From the NCBI RefSeq assembly GCF_030028105.1, contig NC_092400.1, positions 17,918,001-17,982,000 of the forward strand: a stretch of DNA of 64,000 nucleotides, given 5' to 3'. Shown here piece by piece: positions 47,956 through 62,678 of the stretch. This DNA comes from Mobula birostris. Its lineage: Eukaryota. The translations under genes and the position numbers were made by a program. The notes beneath the pieces were generated by a model that was not told the origin of the DNA, did not search any database, and was given only the letters and a program-made list of their open reading frames with translations. Position 1 is the first letter of the stretch. Each line of letters starts with the position of its first letter.

Positions 47956-50869
47956 AACGTTCTGTATATGAGTATTACACCCATCTCACCAATTACCCTA
48001 CTAATCCAGAATGCGGCAGGAAAGCCGAGCACCAGGAGGAACCCATGCAGTCATAGATAGAATGTACATACCCCTTACTGAGAGCAGGTAGAAACAAATC
48101 AGCAACTACAAACAAATGGCGGTTCCACAATTCAGAGAGCCCCACCGGTCATCATTCCGTACATCCTGATTACATTACAGACTGCTTGCGCCATCAAAAA
48201 CTAAGTTAAATTCGTTAGAACGATTACACTGTCAATCAAGTTTTTTATAAGTCATAAATATCTTGAGGGGTCAATGAACATCACAAAAAAATCCAGTGCT
48301 TCTCAGTTACAAAGTTATCACCCTGCAATGGGACATGACAGTACATGAACAATATCCACAAATACCAGATTCACAATGTCTACAATTCATGTATAAACAA
48401 TACTGTATCTGAATTCCATGATTTGATCCCTAGCTGTATAGAGAGGGTAAATGCAAACAGGCTTTTTACTGGGGCTCGGTGGGATGGCAACTAGAGGTCA
48501 TGGGTTAAGACTTACAGGTGAAAGGTTTAAGGGGATCATGAAGGGAATCTTGATTACCCAGAGGATAGTGAGGGTGGGAATGAGCTTCCAGCACAGTAGT
48601 GCATGTGAGTTCAATATCAATGTGTTAAGAGAAGTTTGGATCGGTACATGGATGGTAGGCATTTGGAAGGCTATGGTCCTGGTGGAGGTCATTGAGAGCA
48701 GGCAGTTTAAATGGTTTGGTATGGACTAGAGAGGCCCAAGAGCCTGTTTCTGTGCTGTGCTCTATGATTTTACGTGAATATAAAGTATCTACAAAGCAGT
48801 TATATTTCTGACTAGTCCTAGGATGATTGTTATAATAACTACTGGTGGGCTGTCAGCAGCGTTGTCGACCTCACTAGAGACACATTGATGGGCCGATTTA
48901 TCCATTGTCCGAAGAAAACTTATTCAAAGATTATCATGTTTGTATACAGCAAAATTCAGAGTATCATAATTCGGAGTTCAAAATTTACTAACATTGCTGC
49001 TAGAAAGCATAAGATTTAATGCAATGAAATATAAATGGCATTATTATCAGAATTTGGTAAGTCATAACATACTTCGATTTGATACTAGGTACTTAAACCA
49101 TTTCTATGGTCCTATCAAAATTATAAAACTTTCTTTAGGATTCAGAGTTCACTCCATATTCTGCTGAAATGCAAATTCTCTAACTATAAAAATTATCCAA
49201 TTGGAAACTCATCCTATCCCAACTCACATCATAAACTAGTAAATTGTTCCAGCAGGTGCCCCGAATGAGATTAGCAAAATATCATTCAAATCCACCTCAT
49301 TGATTACACAGAATTGCTGTGCCATACACTTCACTCACAGCGTACAGAGACACAACAAGACTCCCATGTAGGTCTTCTGTTTCCGCAAGGATCTGCTGAA
49401 TGAAGGTTAAAAGTGATTTCTCTCTCCTTCATGCAGCCCGGACATGACTTATCATGGTTGTTGGAGGGGAGGCAGCAATAGTTCCTCGGGCCACACTCCA
49501 TCATGGTGTTTGTAACGTGGTGAGGCAGTTCAGTCTATTTTAAAGTCATTCACTGCTGCACTGCTGCCCTACTCATAGCGATAAATTCCTAGCATACATA
49601 TGCATGCATGCACTTCAGTCACAAACGTGTATGTGAGCACGCACATGCACAGAAAACCATGCATCACAAAGTTCTTCAACATTCTAGTTACCACAGTGCA
49701 ACTGTCTGCATGCGTGTCATTGTGCATGTGTGTGCAGATACGTGTTTAGGTTCATACAGGTCAGCGTGAAATACTAGGACAAAAGACACCAGAAATATGT
49801 TGATTAGATGCCAGGGGAAAAAGAACTTACTATCTCCGTATCATATTGTCCTTGGTTGTAAAGACATTCTTCAAAAGGTATGTTCAGTGTTTATTTCATT
49901 TGACACTGCCCTCTAATGTCAGAGTTCTTCACTGGAAACAATGACTTACACAAATCTTCTATTTCCAAGGAATTAAAGATCAAATAAATTGCTATATAAC
50001 CCATTGGAGTAGAATTCGGCCATTCGGCCCATCGAGTCTATTCCATCATTCCATCATGGTTGCTTTATATCGCTCTGAACGCCATTCTCCTGCCTACTCC
50101 CCGTAACCTTACTAATCAACAACCTATCAAACTCCGCTTTAATTATACTTGGCTCAATAACCATCTGTGGCAAAGAATTCCACAGATTCACCAGCCTGTG
50201 GTTAAAGAAATTCCTCCACATCTCTGTTCTAAATGCTGACCATCCTTCTTCATTACAGATTTCAATTTTATTTCCTGAAAATAAATTCCCCGATTTTGAA
50301 CCGGAGCTAACCTCCTGTCTCCAGTTCCAGTTCACTAGGAGAGGCTTTTTTTTTCCAATTCAGTACCTAGTTCCAGTACTGTCACAATATGGGTACATGC
50401 AGCTTGGCACCAGCACTGCGGCCCCTTGCATCACTTTCCTCCTGACTGAAAGTCCACTGGTAGGGTTGTTCTTGATTGACTTGATTACCGCTGATTCTAG
50501 TGGGCAGTCAGTCAACCTGAGAATGGCCCACTATCACGTGTAGAAGCTAGCTACAAACGAGACACATAGGCTGAAGTCCTCTGAGGGAAAAAAGAAGTTT
50601 TAACTATCCATAAACCCTTTCCTTTAAACCGGGGGTTCCCAACCTGGGGTCCACTCATTGGGAAGCCTCCATTGGCATATAAAAGATTGGGAAACTACTA
50701 CTTAAAGACAGGAAGGTTTTCTTAATGAACACGCTCTGAATAAGCTTACTTAAGCAGTTAAAATACAATTTCATCTCCACGTAAAGGGAAGCGTATTTGA
50801 GAACTGGCTTGTTAAGATCTGAGTTTTGTTGCACCAACATTTTCAGAATTTATCAATTTCTGTGTTGAG

Positions 50870-53800
50870 AATATTTTTGTGATTGCTACTTTAACCTGTC
50901 TTAATAAGTAGTTTTAAAATGGATCGAAGTATTAATTTATTTAGTTTTAACGTGGAAGGGCTAAATCACCCCATGAAAAGAAATAAGATTTTTGCCTATA
51001 TTAAAAAACTTAAGGTTCCAATTGTTCATCTTCAAGAAACCCATATGTGTAAGTGTGACAATTCACGCCTTTTTAATTGATGCAGACAGCCTCATTTCCA
51101 TTCCTCATTTCAGGCCAAAGCTAGAGGTGTTTCTATTCTTATAGATAATAAAGTTCCTTTTTTTCAACATAAAGTCATTTCTGATACTAATGGGCATTTC
51201 GTTATAGTATCAGGAAAACTAAATAACAAATTAATGGTATTTCCCAATGTATATGCTCCGAATATAGATGACCCAGTTTTCTTTGCGTGGTTTTTTTCCA
51301 TTTTTGCCAGATCTGAGTCGGTACTCATTGGTGATGGGTGGAGACGTTTATTGTTGCTTAGATCCAGTTTTAGATCGTTCATCTTCTAAACTAATGATAC
51401 CAAATAAATCAGCTGTGTTTATTAAAACTTTTTTAATGAAATGTGGTATTAATGATGCTTGGCGTATTTTTTTCATCCCGTAGACAAAGAATATTCATTT
51501 TTCTTTCATGTCCATCATACATATTCCAGGATTGATTTTTTTTTATTGATAGCCAAATGATTCCATTAGTACGATCCTGTGTATACAAAGAAATTGCTGT
51601 TTCAGATCACGCTCCTGTGTTTCTATCTTTAAATCTCCCTTGTCTTCTTCAAACAAATAGATTTTGGCAATTTAATCTAACATTGTTATCTCATAAAAAT
51701 TTTTTAAAGTTTATGGAGAGACAAATTACATTTTTTTGAAGAGAATACATTAGAGGAGACTTCTAGTCTTATCAGATGGAATGCCTTTAAGGTGTATATT
51801 ATAGGACAAATTATTTCTTATACTGCAAGTATTAAGAAAAAACCTAATACAGAGAGAAATGATTTAGCTAATCAGCTGAAACAGTCAGTCCAAGAGTATG
51901 CCTTGGCTACAGAACCTGCCTAATATAAGAGATGTGTTGAAATTAAAACTAAATATGATCTCCTTTTAACTTATCCAATTGAAACCCAACTCCTAAATGA
52001 AAAAAGTCAATTTTATATTCATGGAGATAAAACAGGTAAATTATTGGCTGATCAAATCAAAACCTTTATAGCTAAACAACAGATTAAAGAAATATGCAAA
52101 GCTAATGGTGATAGGACGACTGATTATTTAGAAATAAATGATACTTTTAGAGAAATTTACTCTAAAGATAGTTCTGAATCTTCTAAAGATAACACTGTAA
52201 TGAACAATTTTTATATCAACTAAACATTCCTACAACTTCTGCTGACAACAGAAAGTTGTTAGAACAACCAATTTTTTTTGAGGAAATTGCCGAGGCTGTA
52301 CACTCATTACGTTTGAGGAAAGCTCCAGGTCCAAATGCATTTTCTGGAGAATTTTACAGGACCTTTTCCTCGTCGCTTATACCTCATTTATGTTCAGTTT
52401 TTTTGAATTTGTTTAAGTCGGGCAGACTCTCTCAGTCTTTTTATGAGGCTTCCATTTCTCTTATTCTTAAGAAGAAATAGGATCCAACTGAATGCTCTTC
52501 TTATAGACCAATCTCTTTACTTAATGTTTATACTAAGATCCTATCCAAAGTTTTGGCCTATAGAATTGAAAATATTTTACCATCTGTCATTTCTGATAAC
52601 CAAACTGGATTTATCAAAAATCGATATTCTCACTTTAATATTAGTTGGTTATTAAATGTTATTTATTCTCCTTCTAATATAATATCAGAATGTAGGGTAT
52701 CACTAGATGCTGAGAAAGCTTTCGGCAGGGTTGAATGGAATTATTTATTTAAAACATTAGCAAAATGCAACTTTAGACCCATTTTCATTCAATGGATTAA
52801 AATACTTTATTTAGCTCCTTCCGCTAGGGTTATCACTAATTCTCATAATTCCAAACCATCTAAGCTTCAACGTGGCACAAGACAAGGCTGTCCATTGAGC
52901 CCTTTGCTTTTTGATCTGGCCTTAGAACCCTTATCCTTTGCCTTTCGAGAATCTAATGATTTCACTGGTATTTTAAGCAGAGACACTATTCATAAAGTCT
53001 CGCTGTATGCTGAAGATCTGCTGCTATTTATTTCTAATGTTGAGACTTCATTACCCCATCTGCTTTCTGTACTTCCCTTTTTTAGCCAGTTCTCAGGTTA
53101 TAAATTAAACCAATATTAAAGTGAACATTTTCCTTTGAACAATTTGATACCAACAAATTCTAACCTTCCTTTTAAAACTGTAAGAAACCAATTTACCTAC
53201 TTAGGTGTAACAATCACTAAAAACTGAAAGTGTCTCTTTAAAGAAAATTTTCTTACCCTATTGAATCACGTAAAACGGATACTATCAAATTGGTCGCCTC
53301 TTTTGCTATCGCTGATTGGTCGAATTAACTCTATCAAAATGAATATATTACCTAAATTTATATATCTTTTTCAGGCTTTGCCAGTTTTTATTCCTAAATC
53401 CTTTTTTGATTCCCTTGACTTTATTATATCTTCTTCTATCAAGAAGAATAAGCATTCTAGTTCAGTTTCAGTTTCAGGGTTCTGGGAATACACATCTCAG
53501 AAGACCTTACATGGCCCACTAACACCACAACAGTAGTTAAGAAAGCACAGCAATGCTTGTTTTTCCTCAGGACGCTGAAGAAAGCTGGTCTACCTGAACA
53601 GATGCTGGTGATCATTTACCGCTGCACCATAGAGAGCATCTTAACATACTGCATCTCTGTGTGGTATCTCAGTTGTACAGCAACCGATAGGAGATCACTT
53701 CAGCGGGTCGTCTCTAGCGCACAGAAGGTCATCAAGGCACAACTACCGGCCCTGGTGGACACCTACAGCTCATGCTGCTTAAAGAAAGCTACAAGCATCT

Positions 53801-55668
53801 GTAAGGACAATACACAGCCATGCAATTATCTGATTGATCTTCTTCCATCTGGCAGACATTATAAGATTTTCTATGCCCGCACTTCCAGACTGAAAAATAG
53901 CTTTTTCCCCGGAGCTATAATTGCTCTGAACCAATCGATCAAGCATCATCCATAAATTTTTCTATTGCTACTTTTAATACTGGTTTAATGGTTGTCAGGT
54001 ATCTGAATTGTGCTTTTGGACTGCTGGGCATTGCTTCTACTGGCTGGTTACTTGACTTTAATTATTGTTTATTTATTTTATTTGTTGTTTTTAGCATTGA
54101 GTACGAAACTTGCAAACTTATTTTCGCTGTATTGGTGCATGACAAATTGTACTATGCAATGACAATAAAGAAATTTCATTTCATTTCATTTCTAGATTAA
54201 ACAAAATTCATCTTCACAAAGATAAAAAGAATGGAGGATTAGCCTTACCAAACTTTAGATTTTATTATTGGGCAGTTAATATAAGAAATCTTACATTCTG
54301 GTTATATTACATAAATCATGAGGATTGCCCGATGTGGGTTTTGTTAGAAGCTAACTCTGTTAATAAATTCTCTATTATTTCTCTTCTTGGATCCTCACTC
54401 CCTTTGTCTCTGAGTAAGTTAACTGATAATTTGGTAGTTAAACACACTATGTGAATTTGGATACAATTTTGAAAATACTTTGGCTTATTGAGATTTTGTT
54501 TTTCAAGTCCCATTTTTTCTAATTATTTTTTTTTAACTCTCTATGATTGATGTGGCCTTTGAAGAATGGGATAGATTAGGTATTAAATGCTATCAGGACT
54601 TTTTTGTAGAGGGAAGCCTTTTCTCGTCTGAACAACTGTTAACTAAATATCGTTTACCAAAAACTCATTTTTCCGATACCTACAAATAAGAGCTTTTTTT
54701 ACAGTCTCAAGTAACTACATTTCTTAAAAGTCCTGATAAGCATCTACTAGATGTAATCTTTAATTTGAAACCTTTTATAATGGATCTATATCTAATATTT
54801 ATAACAGGCTGCTGGGAATGAGAAGATATCCTTTAGATAAAATTAAAAATCTTTGGGAACAAGATTTACACATTAAAATTTCTGAGAAAATTTGGAATCA
54901 AATTTTTTAATTGGTTAACATTTCATCGTTATGCGCCAGCCACCCTCTCCTACAATTTAAAGTGGTCCATAGGGCCCATGTGACCAAAGATAAGTTGTCT
55001 GGTTTTGATTTAGATATATTTCCGTATTGTGATAAATGTAATAATGGAGAAGATTCACTCATTCATCTGTTTTGGACATGTCCAAGTCTTGGAAAATTTT
55101 GGAAAGAAGTATTTCAAACTTACTTGATACTTTTAAAGTAAACTTTAAGCCTCATCCTTTGACTGCTTTTTTTGGTACTGTTGGAGGAAAGGATATTATT
55201 TTGGAGTCATCTGACTTGCACATTTTGGCTTTTAGGTCCCTATGGCCAGAAGGATGCTTTTGCTTAAATGGAAAGATGCAACCCCTCCTATTCACGCCCA
55301 ATGGTTATGTGATGTGATGTCATGTTTAAATTTAGAGAAGATTTGATGTTCAATCTCTGAATCTAGTCAAGACTTTTAAACATTCTAGGGATCTTTTCTG
55401 AATTATTTTCAAAACCTTTGATTTGCTGTTATGTCAGATGATGACTAATAATTTTTTTCCTTTTTTTTACTAATCAACTTCAATCTTGGTAGTGGGTTAG
55501 ATATGTTTAATATCATAAAATTACTATATTTCAATGTTACAAATTAATTAACTTGTATGAATATAGGGTAAGGAGTCTTTATATGTGATTTAGTAGAATG
55601 TATTGATATATTTTTTTTCCTGCACTCTATTCTTACATGTAAATTAATTAATAAAAATATTGGAAAAA
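50870..55668 (+). mobile_element. L1-clade LINE with nearly complete ORF2, degraded
   Basis: ATG at 50919 gives MDRSINLFSFNVEGLN; motifs LQETH, YSRID, SDHAPV, KAPGP, QTGFIKNR, SLDAEKAF, GTRQGCPLSPLLF, LYAED and CDKC..HLFWTC; AATAAA plus A-rich tail. Confidence 0.9.
53461..54192 (+). mobile_element. Rex1 3' fragment nested in L1
   Basis: FFLRTLKK..IESILTYCI..LLPSGR..SFFP motifs; (TTTCA)n tail; TTCTAG on both sides. Confidence 0.82.
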
Positions 55669-55881
55669 GAAAAGGTAGACAGCACATTAACAGAGTGTCT
55701 GCAATCATGAGATTCAGTGAATACACAATATTTGGTTTCCGTGACTTCACATGAACAAAACAGATCCACAAAACAATCTTATTTCCAGCAACCCGAGGAT
55801 GAATGTGACAATAATTACAGGCGGATTGTAGGATGAGTTAATACCTTCACCAAGAGAACATTGCGGGGTCGAGTTCGCCAT
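55669..55881 (-). pseudogene. HCAR-like pseudogene (N-terminus to TM2 only)
   Basis: ATG at 55881 gives MANSTPQCSLGEGINSSYNPPVIIVTFILG, then a frameshift, then WICFVHVKSRKPNIVYSLNLMIADTLLMCCLPF abutting the L1 tail. Confidence 0.9.
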
Positions 55882-58800
55882 TGTGCGAAAAGGCGGTCAC
55901 ACAGTCAAGATGTTTCAGAGGGAAGCAAATTCATTCGGAGAGAAACAACCTTACAAGCTGATCTTCTTTGAATGAGTTTGTTCTCCTGTGGGTGTTGTAT
56001 ATGGGCGGAGTAAATTAGTCAGAGATGTCTGATGGAATCACCAAGTTCCAGGAAATCTAGACGCACAAGCATTCAGATTAAGGAGCAGACAATGAAAGAT
56101 ATCTGATTGTCACATTTCTTCCCCAATCTGATGTTTGGTTTAAACAACAACTGAACTCCTTGACTATGACTGCATGTTTTCATGTATTGAGTCTCTGACA
56201 CATGAACCATGAGGTTCAAGAACAGTTACTACCCTCCAACCATCAAGCTCTTGAACAAAAGAGGACAACTACACCCATTCTGTTTCCACAATCAAATGAT
56301 CTCATTTCATCCTGACCAGGGGTCTTGACCCAAAACGTTGACTGTACTTCTTCCTATAGATGCTGCCTGGCCTGCTGCTTTCCACCAGCATTTTGTGTGT
56401 GTTGCATCTCACTTTAACCACACTTTACCTTGTTTTTTCATCTCCGTCTTATTTGCTGCTCGTTATTTAGATTTGCATTTGCACCGTTTGTTGTTCGTTG
56501 ATCCTGCTTACAGTTACTGATCTATAGATTTACTGCATGCCCGCAAGGAAAAGAGTCTCAGGGTTGTACATGGTGGCGTGTCTGTACTCTAACAATCAAT
56601 TTTACTTTGAAATTTGAACTTTTGAACTTTGAACATAATTGCCTAATTGGATAATTATTGAGCTGGTGGGCAGGTGTGATTCATAAAATGGCCACTATTG
56701 GGATTCAGTTAAAGTCCATAGTAGCCACTGGCCACTGTGAATGGAAGGCTAATGCAGGTACAGTACCTGCTGACCAGAATTCCTGGGATTTCTGTTGATA
56801 TCAACTTAGATAAAGACTGAAGATGATGGATTCCAAAGGGTCTCCCAGGGTATCAGAGCAGACCTGCTGTCAGATAATTTAACCACTGGAGGCACTAGCC
56901 TGGTAAAGATCAGAGGCACCAAGCTTTATCATTTGGACTTCTAACAGGTTCCCTCCTATAGCATGTGAGTTATTCTGCTCAGACTCCCAGTGCTCATGCA
57001 GAGAAATACAAAATGAATTCATGCCTTTATGTCCCAATGCTCAGACAATCCTTCATTGCCATCTCAATTTCTCTTCACTTCAATCGTTCAGCCTTCCTCC
57101 AATCTTGCTGCCGTCACTGTGGACACGCCTGCCTCACTCAACAAATATGAATTCCCCCGCCGACTTTGGGAAACCCTGGCCAACGGCTACTCAAAGTACA
57201 GAAGAAACATTCGGGATGGAACTGAGAAGCCCATGCCCATACTTCAGAAGCGCTACATAGAGCTGCGTAATTAGTAGGAGGAGCAGACCACCTCACCTAC
57301 ACCCACTCCACACCCTGTCAGGAAGAATCTGCTCATCTGTGGAAAACCATAAAACCATCAAAAGCTATTGGATCAGAATTAGGCTAATTGGACCAGCGGG
57401 TCTGCTCCACTACTTAATCATGGCTGAGTTTCTGTTTCCAACTCCAGTCTCCCAACTTTATCCTATAACCCTTAAAACCTCCTTAACAACCAAGAACATA
57501 TAAATGTTGTCTTAAATACACTCAAAGATTTGGCCCCAAATGCCCTTTATGACAATGAATTCCACAGACTCCCCACACTCAGGCTGCGGAAATTTCTCAT
57601 CTCAGTTCTAAAGAGATGATGCTTTATTCTGGGGCTGTGCCCTCGAATCCTAAACCTCTGGATCCTTGGATCCTCTCCCACTAATGGAAACATCCTCTGC
57701 ACATCTACATTATCAGGGTTTGTGGTTCCTCATATTGAGATGACTGATTACCTCAGAATGGAAAATAGAAGCATCTATAGGAACAGACAGGAGTGGATAA
57801 TGTTCCTTATCTGAACAGCTGGACATGTTGCACCCTGTGTGCATTTAATATTTTGTAATAGTTAAGTACTCTTGTATATAGATTGCTTAATTAAGGATTC
57901 TTGTTATAATTAGTTTAAATTTCTATGTAAATTACGTTATTTGGACACGTCATCACATGATACGGACACGTATTGCTTGAAGTAAAAGAATAAAGTTAAA
58001 ACTCACATCTCTTGTCTCCTGTTTTCTTTTGAGTCAGTTTAAAGTTTTGGAGCTACAAAACATAACCCAGGGCCCTCGGGCCACACTCGATCATAGTGCT
58101 TGTAATGTGGTGAGGCAGTTCAGTCTATCTTAAAGTCATTCACTGCTGCACTGATGACCAACTCAGAATAATAAATACCTGTGAGCTCAGTTTCAAAGTT
58201 CAGGTGAATTTTGGGCTGGAATATGCATGGTGGCAAATGCAGGGCTATGGACCTGGTGAAGGTCAATGAGAGTAGGCAGCTTAAATGGTTTGGTACAGAC
58301 TAGATCGGCCAAAGGGCCTGTTTCTGTGCTGTACTTTTCCTTGACGCTAACATTTTACATGAAAATAAAATATCTACAAAGCAGTTGTATTTCTGACTAG
58401 TCCTAGGATGATTGTTATCATAACTACCGGTGGGCTGTGAGCAGTATTGACGACCTCACTAGAGACACATCGCTGGGATTATTTCTCCATTGTCAAAAAA
58501 ACTTTATTCAAAGATAATCATATCTGCATACAGCAAAGTTCAGAGCATCAAAATTCAGAATTCAAAATTTTTAATATTGCCACCAGAATGCATAACATTT
58601 AATGTAAAGAAATACATCCGGTTTTGTTATCGGAACTTTGTAGGTCATAACATAGAAATGTATAATACTTCATTTCGATATTAAGTACATGAACCATTTG
58701 TATGGTCCTATCAAAACCATTAAATTTTATTTGCTATTCAGAGTTCACTCCTAATTCTGTTGAAATGCAAATTCTCTACCTGAATGAAAATTGTCCAGTT

Positions 58801-58894
58801 GGAAACTCACCCTACTCCAGCTCCAGTCACAAACTGGTAAATTGGTCCAGCAGGTGTCCTCAATGAGATGAGCATAATAGTATTCAAATCCATC

Positions 58895-59827
58895 TGTCAC
58901 GTACCACATGACGGGAATAAAGAACCAGCAGAGATGGAAATCACTTTGGAGTCCAGTATTGCTATTAACTAATAATATTTATTAGTAACTACTTAATACA
59001 GTAATTTAAATGTAGATAAATCAAACAGGTTAGCAACGACTATATGTAAGTGTAGAAATATATGTGAACAACCAAGCTTCTTGAAGTCTAGGGGTAAATA
59101 GATAGTCTTACGATGATGAGTAAATTTCAGTTCATGGTATTGAGTTGAGTAGTGATGGAGAGAGAGAGAGATTTGAGTCATCAGGTGAGCTGACCCCGTC
59201 AATCTTCTCATTGTCCTCCGAAATCCTTTAAAAGACACCAACTGTGACCACAACAAAGGAGACCGGTTTTCTGTGGTGGAGCTATGAACTCAGGCAAGGG
59301 TGGACACATGGGCAACTCCCCACTGGTCAATCCCTTTTATCACTGCAAGAGCTACTGATTGATCTGCCTGATCGATCCTCCAAAAACCCACTTTTCCTGC
59401 GGGCACAACAAAGTTCATTCAGTGTCCAAAACATGTGTCCGAGTCTATATCATCTGACCTCCTATTTATCTCACCGTACTGAGTACCAACTGTCAGTCAA
59501 ATAACTCCTCCTTCCTTTGTCTGTGTAAGAAATGCACTAGCAGGCAAATGTCCTTGGGAAGTATAAACACGCTGCCGAAAAATCATAACATCAATTGTCC
59601 ATCAAATAATGCCGCCCTCGGTCGCCATAGCAACCTACGAGCTGCTCGGTGCTGTCTCTCTCCAACTCAGAAGAAATCCAAAAGTTACTCCCAGTACCTT
59701 AAAGTGGCAGTCCAAAAGTTATTCTTTGTCTCTCTCTCTCTTTCCAAAAGCACATGTTGGTGTTAAATAACTTTGTTTCTCTTGCTCAAAAGCATAGTTC
59801 ATATGGGTAATCCAGGACCCTGCCACA
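58895..59827 (-). mobile_element. Solo LTR, same family as 32918-33881
   Basis: TG..CA ends; 5-bp TSD CCATC; empty sites visible at ~43120 and ~49291. Confidence 0.9.
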
Positions 59828-61293
59828 CCATCTCACTGATTATACAGCATTGCCTTTCCAGGCACTTTATGCGACAGAGGACAGAGAGACAACAGTATTC
59901 CCAGAGAAGATTTTCTGTTACCACAAAGATCTGCTGAATGAAGGTTAAAAGTGATTTCCGCTCTCCTTCATGCAGCCTGGACATGGTTTACCATGGTTGT
60001 AGGAGGGGAGGCAGCAATAGTTCCTCGCGACACACTCTATCATGGTGTTTAAGTTCATGTGGGTAAGTGTGAAATAATCGGACAGAGACACCAGACATAT
60101 ATTGATTAAATCCCGGGGAATAAAAGAACTTCCTAATTCAGAATCCCACATGCCCTTGGTTGCCCTTGATTCTTCATAAGGAATATTCAGTGTTCATTTC
60201 TTTCCACACTGCCACCTTGTGTTGGAGTTCTTTGCTGCAAACAATGATCCACAAAAGTCACTTCCAAGGAACTCAAACAAGTGAAAGTCTGCTGGAAATC
60301 CAAGCAACATACACAAAATGCTGGAGGAACTCAGCAGGCCAGGCAGCATCTATGGAAAAAAGTACAGTCAATGTTTCTGGCTGAGACCCTTCGGCAGGAC
60401 TTCACTGACACCCATAACACATAGGAGAAGAATTAGTCCATTCAGCCCATCGACTCTGCTCGACCATTCCATCATGGTAGCTTTACTATCGCTCTGAACC
60501 CATTCTCATGCCTTCTGGCCGGGAGTCAGCAATCAAGAACCTATCAACCTCTGCTTTAAATATACCCAATGACTTGTCCTCCACAACCACCTCTGGCAGA
60601 GAATTCCACAGACTGACCATCCTCTTGTAAAAGAAATTCCTCCATATCTCCGTTCTAAATACTGACCATCTTTCTTTAATGATGACCACCCTCCTTCAGT
60701 ACTGATAAAATCTATCTTCATTCCAGATTTCAATTTTATTTACGGAAAATAAATTCCCCAGTTTTGAACCGGCGCTTCACTTCCTCTCTCCAGTTCACCA
60801 GAAAAGGCTTTTCTTTGGCACCATTCCAGCAACCGCTTACAACACTTCCCTACTGACTGAAAGTCTGCAGGTAGGATTGAACTTGGTTGAATAATATTAC
60901 TGCAGATTCCTCTGGACAGTCAGTCAACCTGAGAATAATGGGTAGAAGCTATCTACAAACGAGACACATAGGCTGAAGTCATCTGAGGAAGTAATTGCTT
61001 ATATGGAAAGAGAAAATCTTAAAATATCCATAAACCCTTTCCTTCAAAGCAGGGGTTCCCAACCTGAGAGTCATGGAACCCTGACTGTTTTCTAAACAAA
61101 ACTGTAAAAGTTTATTTACATCACATATACACAAGGTACAACAGTCAATATTTACAAGACAGTAAGTATACTCAAATTCAAATGTGGTTACTACTGTCTA
61201 TAAGACAATCAATACCTCAGGGGGCGGGGGGGGGCAACCGCTCACAGAAGTCCCCACAATGTGTCCATTGCAACCGCGTGCTCCCTCTCCAGG

Positions 61294-61892
61294 TGTCATG
61301 GTCCGGTCCGTGAAGTCCACAATCCCGTTCACGGTCCGGTCCATTAACCCTTGCTCCAGGTATTCCTGTCTACCTTGTTTCTGTTCCTGTTGAGCACTAA
61401 TTGAGGCAGCTGCTTCTCTTTGGGGCTGGCTGCATAAATACCTCCAGAGACCAGGGCGTGGCTGCTGGATTGTTCTTGTCTCCCTTCCTCTTGTATCCCT
61501 TCTCCTGCCTTTTGTTTCCTTGCCTGAAGCCTTGCCTTCCATTGCCAGTAACTCTCGCGCCTCGCCTGAAGTTCTTGTCTTGCCTTGCATTGCCTTAAGT
61601 CTTGCCTTGTCTTGCTGGTAACTCTCGCCTCATCTCGCCTGAAGTCTTGTCTTGAGCCACCTTCTACCTAGCTCCCTTCCTGTCCCTTACCTCCGCCGGG
61701 GAAGTCAGGCCATCTTGCCATTACCCTGAAGTTGGTTCTGTCCCTTCCTGTCCCTTGCCTCCGTCGGGTGGAGTACCGCGCCCCGCCCAGAAGTACCGCG
61801 CCCCAAGCCAAGCTTCAAGACCCCTCTGGTCTCAAGTCTCTGGCCTCAAGTCTCTGGCCTCAAGTCTCTGGCCTCAAGTCTCGCCTCAAGTC
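61294..61892 (+). mobile_element. LTR-like element 5' fragment with 14-bp tandem repeats
   Basis: Starts TGTCATGGTCCGGTCCGTGA; (cctcaagtctctgg) x~4 at 61825-61892; absent from unit 1. Confidence 0.7.
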
Positions 61893-62678
61893 TCCCGCAC
61901 ACAGAGTGGACAGGTGGACGGGGTGTCAGTTAACCTGCTCAAGAACCCGTTGTACGGGACTACCGCTGCAACACCTTCCACCCCAGATCCGCAATGCACA
62001 GGGGAAGCACCCCTGCGTAAAGGGACTTCCACTGGGGACCTCCTCCGCTGCCAGGTGGTAACACAAGGCAGGTCCGGTCGGCAGACGAAGGCAAGGAAGT
62101 TAAAGGTGTGCAGGAGCAGCCCGTACAAGAAACGCTTCGGAACGTCACGGAACTGCACGGTGGGCATCCCTGCGAGACGCCTCACGTTGAGCGGGACCCT
62201 TTCCCGCGTGGTCTCCTGAGGCCAGGGTCCGACCACCACAGCGGGTGGTGGTGCAGCCGGATCCCCTCCACTTCCCCGCGCCCTCCCTACACCCACCCTA
62301 ATAGGATCGGGACCAGAGCCCCCAGCAGCCAGGAGCACCCAGCCTGGATGAGGCCAGACCCCGTCCCCTCCACAGTTCCCGGTAAAAGCGGCGTAGTTCC
62401 CTCAGAGCAGCACGTCATCCGGGATCCGCGTGCCCTCCTGCCAAAATAAAATAGGGAACCCACGATTTAAAGACACCGTTTCTTAAAAAACAACCTCCGA
62501 AATAAACTTACTTTATGTAGATAAGATGCAGTATCTTCTGTACACATAAAGGGAAGTGTATTTCAGAACTTGTTACTTAAGCTCGACTTATCTCGCACCA
62601 ACATTTTAAGAATTGATCAATTTCTGCGTCAGGTCGCATTTATCAGCTTTACTTTGATCACATAACAATACAGAGCAT

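Larger units (their letters stand above)
47960..56100. repeat. Tandem segmental duplication unit 2 (older; gene destroyed by L1)
   Basis: 48110-49510 matches 41925-43340, 50260-50865 matches 44120-44470 plus 45410-45590, and 55669-56100 matches 46456-46880. Confidence 0.85.
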
